Shown here piece after piece: positions 10,200 to 20,100 of a stretch of DNA of 36,927 nucleotides (position 1 is its first letter; each line of letters begins with the position of its first letter). Position numbers and translations under genes: made by a program. The notes under the pieces are model-generated. The model saw only the letters and a program-made list of their open reading frames with translations. It made no database searches and was not told the origin of the DNA. The DNA comes from Vicugna vicugna (lineage: Eukaryota): NCBI GenBank assembly GCA_013265495.1, contig MU058557.1:436001-472927 (forward strand), given 5' to 3'.

Positions 10200-11300
10200 C
10201 CGCACAGACCCGCTGGGAAGACGCTCAGGAGACATAGACCCTGCTGTGCCGGAGCTGCCCAGGGCTGGACAGGCCCGGCGGTCGCCTGCTCCCCAGTGCT
10301 CAGCGGCTGCCGGCGGCTTCCTCAGGAGTACTGACGGCCCGGTGTGGGAGCAAAGTCGCTGTGGAACGGACACAAATCACGTACACAATCTGATCACCCA
10401 GGGGAAAGTGACGGGAGCCGCTGCCCAGCTTCCTCCTCCACACGCTGGGCGACGGCCCAGCACAGGGGCGTGTCCTAGAGACCAACGAGGTGCTGGGGGT
10501 CAGCATGGCCTGGGAAGGTGGACGAGCTGCGGGGTCCTGCCTGGGCCGCGGTGGGCAGGGGTCTGCGGCGCCCAGTCTGGCAGAGTCGGGGAGAGTCGCG
10601 GCGCCCGCGGGAGGGCGGCGCCCCGGGGTCCCTGAGAGTTGGGTCGGGGGCTCGGGGAGACCCTTTGCGGGGCGGACTAAGGTCCGAGGCGGCCGCTGAG
10701 GTCCCCCCGCTTGGGCCTGGCCTGGGCTCTGGAGAGGAGGACTCGCAACCCCAGCGCGCTGGGACCCCGGCGTCCGGCTCCGGCCGGCACCCACCTCGGC
10801 CGCGTCGCCACCTCGGCCCCCGTGTGCAAGCAGCTGCCCCGCGTCCCCTCGGCCAGCGCCGGCACGTTGCCTGGCAACGACGCGAGCCAGCCCCGCTTCC
10901 GGCGCTCGCCGCCCTGACGTCAGCACGCCGGCGCCGCGGGGGCGTGACAGCGCCAGGCCCCGCCCCTGCTGCAGCGGAGCCTGGAGAACCCGGGTGCCTG
11001 GACAGAGCGGAGCATTATTAGTTCCGGCGCTTCAGCCGCTGCGCGAAGAGAGGCTCGTGTTTCATTAAACGAGCCCCCCGTGCCACTGCCCAACGTGCAG
11101 CGCACGCCTTACACGGCCCCGGGCCGGGGGTGAGCGGGCGCCTGCTGCCCCCTCCGTCGACACCGCTACACCCCGATGACCCGCGGCCAGCTGCTGCCCT
11201 CCGACCCTGGCCTCCCTGGCCGCCCTCTCGTGCCGCTGTCCCGCTGCAGTGGTGGTGGTCGGGGGCGCCTGTGTAGCCGTGTGATGTCTTCTCCACGAGG
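10200..11300. promoter_or_regulatory. CpG island / CLBA1 promoter with X-box, ETS and CRE motifs
   Basis: Dense CpG. GTTGCCTGGCAAC at 10866-10878 (RFX X-box), GCTTCCGG at 10895-10902 (ETS), TGACGTCA at 10915-10922 (full CRE), GC box ccccgcccc at ~10957-10965. Confidence 0.85.
10795..10870 (-). other. CLBA1: Candidate non-coding first exon of CLBA1 (5' end approximate)
   Basis: Donor GAG|gtgggt at 10795/10794 and acceptor tttgtgtccgttccacag ending at 10359 define a possible 436-nt 5' UTR intron just downstream of the promoter motif cluster. Confidence 0.45.
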
Positions 11301-12054
11301 GCCGTCTGTCTTGCAAATCCTGAATCTCCAGAAGCTAGTCCTTCCAAGTGTAGGCGGATGAGGGTCCGCTGCCTCCGGGCAGGAGAGGGTCGCAACCCCT
11401 CCCTCTCGGATCCCATGTAGCCCCCCCCGATTCTCGACCTGGTCACCAGCCAGCCCCAAGGCAGAGCAGGGCCAGGCTGGGCCCCAGGGCAAGGGGCATC
11501 AATGGGCCAGCCTTGCCTCCTGCCATTGCCCTTCCCGGGGCATTCCAGGCCTTTCCCCATCTCCCCATCCCAGTCTCATGGAATCAGCCCTCCTCAGATG
11601 TGGCCATCAGGCCATGGCTGAAGCTCTGATCCACACCTTGTCCCTGGAATCTTCCTGGGACCTGCCTGGGCCCTGTCGTGTTTGCATGAGTCACCTGCAC
11701 TCTCCCTAGTCCCTCTCAGCCAAGCTACTGAAAATTTCCATTTAAAAAATTACCAAATGAGATCATTCTCTGAAGCCTGGACCTCAGCCATCTTCCTCCC
11801 TTCCCCGCTTCCTGAGGGGCACAACCACCAGCAATGCAGTGTTTTGAGCGATGCAGTCAGACTGCCCAGCGCTGAGCAGACACCAGGATGACCCTGCAGG
11901 AAGGTGACCAGACACTGGCTCTCTCCTGCCTCGACGTCACCCAGGGAAAGCAGTCCCCTGCTGTCCACCCGTTGCTTGGACCCCCACCCCCACCCCATCC
12001 ACTGTCCTGGCCATCCTCACGGTCCAGGCAGCTGGGAAGGGGTAGGAGGCATGT

Positions 12055-12092
12055 CGTCCTCATGTACAGGTGAGCAAACTGAGGCCCAGGCT
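12055..12092 (+). mobile_element. MIR core fragment
   Basis: catgtacaggtgagcaaactgaggcccag resembles the MIR core (cattttacagatgaggaaactgaggc). Confidence 0.5.
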
Positions 12093-12256
12093 CAAAGGCC
12101 TGAGCGAGAAGGGTTGTTGGGGCGCAGACCAGGCCTTCTGACCCCACACCCTGTCTGGACATCAGTGAAGAGTGAGGCCTCTGTGAGCCTCCAGGGACAG
12201 AATGAGATGACCCAGGCACCACGCAGGCCCAAGGTGGGTTGCTCTGCATTACCTGG

Positions 12257-12678
12257 TGTGGAAGCTGAAAACACCTCCCAGAGGATCCCACAGCCTGGGT
12301 CCCAGCACCTGTGAACACGGGATCTTACAAGGGAGAAGGACTTACAGACATGATTAAGTTAAGGCTCTCAGATGGGGAGACGGTCCTGGGTTAGGCCATT
12401 GAATTCGGTGTCATCACAGGGGTCCTTGCAAGAGGAAGAGGGGAAGCTCAGAGTCCAAGAGAGAAGATGGCAAGACAGAAGCTGAGGTCAGAGAGAGGCA
12501 GGACCATGAACCAAGGAGTGTAGGCTGCCTCTAGAAGCTGGAAAAGGCAGGGACGTGGGTTTCCCCTGAAACACACCTCCAGAAGGAATGCAGCTCTACC
12601 GACACCCGGAAGTGTAAGAGAATGAATGAGGGCTGCATATGTGGTTATTTGCTGTAGCAGCCACAGGAAACTCAGATA
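12257..12678 (+). mobile_element. MaLR solo LTR (MLT1D-like)
   Basis: Begins TGTGG; contains MLT1 hallmark phrases (gattaagttaagg, gcctctagaagctggaaaaggcag, cctccagaaggaatgcagc, gtggttatttgctgtagcagc..aggaaact). Flanked by a 5-bp direct repeat CCTGG at 12252-12256 and 12679-12683. Confidence 0.85.
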
Positions 12679-15189
12679 CCTGGCTGACTCCTGGACACCC
12701 CACCAAGGATGTGCTGCCTTGGGGAGCCATGACTCAGAGGAGGCAGCAGAGGTGACCCCTACAGGGGGGCCTGGCCCTGACTACAGGAGAGGGGCGGCCT
12801 GAGTAGTTGACCATGGTCCCTGGCTCCCCAGGCCAGTGTCTGGGCGGACTGGGCATGGCATGGGGCACTACACGAGGTCCAGGCCTCTAGGTGGGCGGGT
12901 GAGCAGGGCAGCTGTTGAAGTTTGAAAGGTTTCACCTGCTGGGGGAGACTGGCCAGAGGGGGCAGGTCCCCCCATTAAAGTGGGGGTGTGGGGGACCCAA
13001 GCCATGACTCCCTGAGGTGTTGTGAGGGGGATGCAGTGTGGTCAGGAGAAAGAGCCCATGTGAACTCTGCCCTGAGTCCTTAGGGTGAATCGAGGAGGGC
13101 GCCCGTCCACAGGCTTGGAGCGGGTGCTCAGCTTGAGAGTGAGGCAGTCAGAGGCCAGGGTCCAGCAGACCTTCCACCACCGCCTCTGTGTGGGAGGGCA
13201 GATGGCAGTGGGGAGGTCCCAGATGCCCCCACCCCCGTGCTGTGCCCCTCCAGCTGGGCTGGGCTAGGGCAGGGACAACAATGGCAGAGCTATTTTTGCT
13301 TGCAGTACTGTGGCTGCCCTACAGAGACATCAATGATTGATGCTCTGGGCATCCCTGCTTGCCTGGAGAGCAGCCAGCCAGGCGGGTGGGACAGCCTGGG
13401 GGCTCTGCTGAGCAGCTGGGGCCAGCAGAGGTATGGCCAGCAGCCCCAGTTCCTCACCCTGGCCCCACTAGTGCCCTGCGCCCCCAGTACATGGGTATCT
13501 AGCCTCCGGAGGCTGCAGGCAAGCCTGAGACCCTTGACCACTGGGCTGTGGTGTGGCCCCCAGGGTGGAGGAGGTGGAGCCCCTGCATGATGACAGGAGA
13601 GAGCATGGGGTGCTGCACAAGCCCCACGGGCCACCTCCCGCCCGTGTGGGGTGACACTCAGAAACGGTGTGGGGCAAGGGGGGCTGTGAGTCAGCCCAAG
13701 TGTCCATGCTTCTGGAGGGGCAGCTATTCCCGCGCCATGCTGGGCTGCTCTGGCCTTCTGCAGTAGGGCATCTGTCCCCAGAGGGGGACGTTGGGACAGG
13801 CTGTAGTGGAGCGTGAGGCCAGGAGCTCCTTGTGGCACAGGGCTCTGCGGCAGGAGCACGGCTGGCTTTGGCTGGGGAACAGGGAGGTTGAGGGGCAGCA
13901 TAGCTGGGCTTCAGAGGTCCTACCCGGGGCTGCCTTCTCTCTGTCCAGCCCTGTGATCCCGGGGCCTGGCTGGGAGGAGGGATCGGGCAGGAGGAGGCAG
14001 GGCCCAGTCTGGCTGACCCCGGGGGTGAGGGCCAACTTGTGGGTAGTCTCCCTCTACACAGCTGCCCCCTGTCATCTGTGGGTACACTGCCTGAGGGGTA
14101 CACCCTCCCAGAGATGAAACTGTGCACAGCTGGTGATGCCAGCCCTCTGCCTCAGAGCAGGCAGGAGAGGGGAGGGGGCAGCCCCTTGGGCTAGGCGGGG
14201 TCTCTGCCCTCCCCCATCCTGAATCTGGGGCCCTGAGGCAGTGCTGAGTCAATTCTCAGGCTGCAGAGTGAGCTAGGCCCCAGCAGGAAAATGTAAGCCC
14301 TCTCAGCCTTCACCAAAGTCAAGGGCACATGTGGCCCCAGGGAGGTCCCTGCCCCAGCCTTCCCAGAGCCCTGGCTGGCCAGGGTCCCCGGGACCACCCA
14401 ACTGCACAGGGCCTGGGCCTGGGCAGGGACTGTCCACATAGGGGCCCGCGGTGTGCACCTCAGCTCTCTTTCAGCGGCCAGGTGAGACCCCCTCCTCTGG
14501 CCTCTGCTTATGGGGGGTCAGGGAGATGCCCAAGGCTCCATCCTCCCCTCCCTGCGTTGCAGACAGGAGCCACCACTGCCCTGGGTGCATCATGCTGGGC
14601 AATCGGGACGAGTCACAAGGGATGAGGCCCCTTCAGTTGGATGGGGGCCTAGGATCCACATGACTGCACCAAGGTCACATCCCTATTAGGGCAGGGAGAC
14701 CGAGAGCTTGTGCTGATTGCACGGACTGCCCCTTGTTCCCAGGCCCGCACAGCCAGAGTCATGCCCACAGAGGATGGTCAGGCGGAGACCCCCTGACAGG
14801 CCTGGGCAGATGCCGGATACACCTGGGGGCACAGACAGCTCTCTCCCTGCGCCCACGAGTCATAGATTCCCATATGGACAGGGTAGGGTCTCTGGCCCCA
14901 GGGCAATGCTGCCTGGCCCAAGAGAAAACACCAGGGCAGGAGGAGTGAGACCCAGGCCCCAGGGTCCTCCACCTGAAGGACAGGTCTGCGCCTCATGGTG
15001 CCATGGGCTTGAGGGGCGGGAGGCTGCCAGGGCTTCTTCCCGGCAGTGATGTGTGTGTCCGCCTGACCTGCCGCTGGAAGGCTGCCTGGCTGCAGCCCGG
15101 CTAACGGGAACTGCCAGGCATGAGTCATCGGCTAGGCAGGCTTACCCGGGCCTGGCCGGCCATGCGCATCCCCGAGGGAGCCCAGGATG

Positions 15190-15470
15190 GGTGTGTACCT
15201 ATCTGTGCACGTGTGTGTGTCTGCATCCCACTGTGCATATGCTGGCACTTGGGCCCGAGTGGCTGCATGTGTATGAGCGTGTTCCCAAGCATCTGTGTGT
15301 GTGTGTGTGCCTGTCTATGGGTGGGAGGACATATCCAAGCAGACCTGTGTATTGGTGCGAGTGTGTGTCATCTCACCTACGAGTGTTTGTGTGTCTCTGT
15401 ATTTTTGTGTGGCCCTCCCTCCCATTGCAGCCTGGCCTCTTTCTGCCCTGGGAAAAGTTGTGTGTGTGTC
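15190..15470. repeat. Degenerate (TG)n-rich simple repeat
   Basis: Repeated gtgtgtgt runs, e.g. 15211-15220 and 15295-15309. Confidence 0.7.
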
Positions 15471-16299
15471 TCATCCATCCATTCCAGCACTGCCAGCACC
15501 ATTCCAAGGCAGCTCCCAGGAAGGGTCCCGTTGGTGGTGGCTGCACTCTCCCAGGTCTGTCCTGGCCCAGGCTCCCCACCCCCAACCCCAGCAGGACCTG
15601 CACCCCCGCGATTCCCTTCCTCAGGTCTGCACCAGGCTAGGCCTCAGCTAACTCCCTACTTCCTCGGAAAACAGGACTCCCTCTTGCCCCCTCACTTCCC
15701 AAGACATGCCACCCTCTGCCCAACACCTAAGCTAGAGCCCAGGTGGCCCCCACCGGTCCCCACTCCAGTCTTCACCAAGTCCCCTCTTGTAGCTTCCAGA
15801 ACATCCCACATCCCTCTCCCTCATCACATCCCTTCCCTGGTCGAGCCCCACCCTCTTGCAGGGCTCCTGACTTCCATCAGTATCCCCCTGGGGACATCCC
15901 CAGCCACCAGGGTGGTCTTTGCTCAGCTCCCAGTGCCCAGTCTCCCTGCCCCCTGTCCCCAGCCCCACAGCCTAACTTTCAGTGGCATGAACCAACCTGG
16001 GCTCTCTCACTCCCGTCCTCTGCACACACGCTACAGTGTTGCATCTGTGCAAAACACTGTTCCCTGCTCCTGAAGTCTGAGCTAAGACTGTCTGCCCAGA
16101 GCCTTCCAGGACCCCCTTCCACCCACCCTCACCGTTGCACTGGGCGCACATCTCCAGACCAGGAGCCCCAGGGCAGGGATAGTGGGGTCAGATCACATGC
16201 CTCCCGGGCTCCCGCTGCCCCTGTGCCCCTCAACGAGGGTGCCCCGCACCGCAGCTTGAAACTCAAACGTCTGTCTCTGAACTGGGAGGCAAGACTGCG

Positions 16300-17180
16300 G
16301 CGCACAAGTCGAGTCCAGGAGGCTTGGCGCGGCGTGTGGAGACCCCTCCCTGGCAGGGGTCCAAAGTCAACACTCAGAACTCAGGAAGGCCATTTGGGGG
16401 CGCGGGCGAGGCCAACCTAAGGGCAGGGCTGGAGTCGGACTCGAGGTGGGATGTTGGCGGGGTCCAGCCTGAGAGGCGGGGCCGGGGCGAAGCCTTAGGG
16501 GGCGGGGCCTGGGTCAGATCTGTTTGGGGACCGGCAGGGGCGTGGCGGGGCGGGGCAGGAAGCAGCCAATGGGCTGAATGAGGCCGGCGGCACCGCCCGC
16601 CCTCGCTCCGCAGTGGCCCGGCGTGGGCTGGGCGGGCCGGGGCGGGGTCCGGGTGGTGGCCGGGTTGCGGGCCGCAGGCTCCGTCCGCAGTCCGCGGCCG
16701 ACCGCCAGCGGCAGCGCAGGGCGGCGGAGGCAGAGCGCGGCGCTCGCCCGCACCCTGGCCACCCGCACGCCGGAGCCGGGACCTGCGACTGGACGCGACG
16801 GGCAGCCACCGGCCCGCACCGCCCGGCCGCCACGATGTGCGACTGCTTCCACATGGTGCTGCCCACCTGGCCCGGAGCCCCCGGCAGCGGTGCGCCTCCT
16901 CCCCGCCTGCAGCCCGCTCCCCTCGGGGCGGGTGGGCTCCGCGCGGGCGCGCGCCGGGCGGGTCGTGGGGTGCGCAGTGCGGGCGGGCTGCGGCGCCGGC
17001 AGGGGTGGGGGAGACTCGGGGACCCGCCCGCGGTCTCGGGCGCGTCTCTGCGCCTCGGGGGCTGGTCGGGTCTCTGCCTCCCTCCTCCTGCGTCTCGCCT
17101 TTTACCTGTCCCTGTCTCTGCTTCCCACCCCTCTCTGTCCCTGCCGCTCACTTTGTTTCTCTGGGTCGCTGCCTCGTCTC
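16300..17180 (+). promoter_or_regulatory. CpG island / AHNAK2 promoter
   Basis: Dense CpG. GC boxes GGGGCGGGGC at 16499-16508 and 16547-16556, CCAAT at 16566-16570, no obvious TATA. Encloses AHNAK2 exon 1. Confidence 0.88.
16835..16889 (+). CDS. AHNAK2: AHNAK2 coding exon 1: MCDCFHMVLPTWPGAPGS(V)
   Basis: Start context gccacgATGt; near-identical to the recalled human N-terminus MCDCFHMVLPTWPGTPGS; donor G|gtgcgc, 55 nt, phase 1. Confidence 0.95.
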
Positions 17181-20100
17181 TACTACTCACGCTGTCGCTC
17201 CCCACCTCTGCCTCTGTCACTCACTGTCCCTGTCTGCCTCTCCCTTTCTGTCACTGTCCCTCGCTGTAGCTCTCTGGGACGTTGTCCCGTCCCTAGAGGC
17301 AGCCGCCCGGGTATGTATGCACGTGTGAGTGGGGCGTGACTGCCGTGGGCCACCAGGCCGTTGGGACCAACCGCCAGAATTGCCCTGTTTTGGGGGAGAG
17401 CAGCCTGGCTGGAGCAGGAGTTAGGGCTATTGGCTTTGGTCAAGGATGCTGGTCTGGTCTGGTCTGGGTCTACCGTGTGGCTACTGTGTATCTGGGTCTC
17501 TGGTTAGGTGGTGACCGTGGCAGGGCTAGACCTGAGGTCTGCAGCTTGGTGAGGGGCCTGTGGGAGGGTCAGCTCAGGCTACAGCGTCCCCCAGTGCTGG
17601 GCAAGGGAAGGTGGGTGTTGCCCTCCCTCTGCGCCTCTGGCCACAGAATGGGAACCAGGTGCTCTCCGTCAGTCTGTCGTCTCTCTGTCCCTGCACTGGG
17701 CCTGGTTCCAGGGCCCGGGTATCTCTGGATCTTGGAGGGCAGTCTGTCCAGCTCTGGGGCAGTAATGCGGCAGCCTGGCCACACCCAGGACACCTGGCCA
17801 GCTGCTGGCAAGGGGGGCTGGGGCCACACTGCACTGGCACAGCCTGGACCCCAGTCCCTGGGGAAAACAGATCGCTGATGCTGACGGTACTGCTGAGACA
17901 GAGGGGGTGGGTGTCCCTTGGCTTGGGCACACCCTCCAGCTGCAGCAGGAGCCACTATGGCCCATTTGTCTGGTTAGCACTGAGGCCCAGATGACCTCCT
18001 GTTTGGGCCCCCCTTGCCCAAATGGGAGCCCACGATGCCCCATTTCTCCCTAGACAGCCAGTGGGAGAGTGATGGTCCCCTAGCTCCCTCCTGACTGTGA
18101 AGGGCCCTGGACCATATCACTGGGGATCCACCACATCACAGGGACAGAAAAGGGGGCCCAAAGAACTCGGGCGTCATTGCTGGTCCTCCAGCTTCCCACA
18201 GTGGCCTACTCCCCACTCATGGCCTCCCAGAGAATCCCCAGCTGCAGGGTCTCGGGCCATGTAATCCACCTTCCTGCCTCAGAGGCCTGTGCTGGGTGCC
18301 CCTCCCCAGCTGAGGCCCTCACCCCCTGCTTTGACCTGTGGTTCTCTGGCTTCTGGGCAGTTTTTCCTTGTGTCCAGCCTGCAAAACCAGCCACTCTAAG
18401 GGAACAAAACTCGTGGCTTTCAGGAGGCATTGGGTGGAGAATTGCTGGGTCAGCACCTCTGGCGGGAGGGGGTTCTACCCAACATGCAGATTCCCAGGCC
18501 CTCCCCACCCTTTCACAGGAGGCCTCGGGGCCTGCATTCCTGATAAGGTCCCCTGGAATTCAGTCCAGGCCATTTCCAGGCTCATTTCCCTCCTAGCAGG
18601 CCCTCCCCCTCCCTCATCTTTCCCCCCAGCCCAAACCTGACGTCCTGGGCCAGCTGCTGTAGGTCCTCTGAAGCCCCCTCCCAGAGCCTGTCTGTACCCC
18701 ATCTTGTCTGCACACGGAGGCCACCCCTGGTGGATGCGCTGGGAACACACCAGCGCAGGGATCCGCCCCACCTCACTGCGCCTGGCCAGTCTGAGCAGCA
18801 CCCTGCTGCCGCCTGCCCAGGCGGCCTCCCCTGCTCCTGCGTGGGAAGGTGGCCCCGCCCTGGTGCCCCGCCGTCATGCAGGCACTAGCCACTGCACCCT
18901 GGGATAGGCCCCAGCTGCCACACCCGTTCCTATCCCAGAGGCAGCCCCTTCTTTCTGGGGGCAGCGCTGGGTCCTGGGCAGTTCAAGTGACAGGGAGCCC
19001 CCACTCCTGGCCTGGGCTTTGGCCCTGCACCTACGAGCCCCTGTCTTGGCCTGAGGCCCCTCCCACACTCCCCAGAGAAGCCCCCCACAAGGTCCAGAGA
19101 GGCCCAGGTGCAGGTGACGCACCACGATGGGGGTCTGGTTGTCTCTCCCTGGCAGGGAGCCATGGCGGCGCTGTGGCCTTCCCCAAGAGCAGTGCAATGC
19201 CGAGCATCCCCTGTGCTGGTCTCACCCCTCTCAACTGGGTGGAGGGCAGCCTCTGGACAGCCCTGGACTCTGGCCTATGGGCTGATCTCGAATCTGTGAG
19301 CTGGGGTAATCAGCTGCTCACAGCCCAGGCAGGCAGAGAGGCAGAGCTAGGCTGCCCTTCCTGCGAGCTGGCCTCTGTACTGTCCACAATGGTGGAGGGC
19401 TGTGAACCCGTGTTGCAGACGGGGACACTGAGTCTCAGGGCAGTGAGGCAGAGCCCCACCCCAACATGGAGCCTCTCTGGTCTCTGCAGGGGCCACAATG
19501 GCCGTGCCCTGCCCCACCAGGCAGGGAGCCCATAGGCAACAGGCCCTCCAGCCTGGACGTGCCTATGGCAGGGGCTGGCACTGGGAAGGACACCCCAGAG
19601 GTCATCCTGGGCTGGGGTACTGACTGGCCGACACTTTAATGAGGATGATTCTCAGAGCCACCGATGGTTATGGCATGCGTATCCCTGAAAACACCCCCAC
19701 TTCTTTTCCTTGGGAACAGGCCAGACAGCCCAGCTCCTGCCCCAGGGCCTCAGGAAGGGGGCAGGGCCCAGCAGTGGATGGGAGGGTCCAGTGCCTCCTC
19801 CTGCGCACCCACTCCACCTGAGGCTCAGAGTGGCTGGGCCTCCGGCAAGAATGCCCTTGTGGCCTTCTCTCCCTTTTGCTAAGCTCTTCCACCCTGAGCC
19901 TGGCTAGGGGCTGCCTCTTCCAGAAGGCCCCCTAGATTGCTGGGCCCAGCCCTGGCTTCCCTTCAGACTCCCGCCCTCTCTGTGTCTTCTCCTGTGACTG
20001 CCCTTTTCCGAAGGCCTCTGTATTTCAAGTTCAGCCTGGGGCTGGTTTGCCTGGGCATGGGGACTTGGAGCTGTCATGGGGGAGAACCCCAGGCAAGTGG

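Noticed and set aside
15120..16073. 317-aa plus-strand ORF upstream of AHNAK2
   Set aside because: It is built from TG-repeat (CVCV) and C-rich (Pro) low-complexity sequence with no recognisable homology.
16495..17339. Several long overlapping ORFs at the AHNAK2 promoter
   Set aside because: CpG-island artefacts; only 16835-16889 matches a known protein and has a phase-compatible donor.
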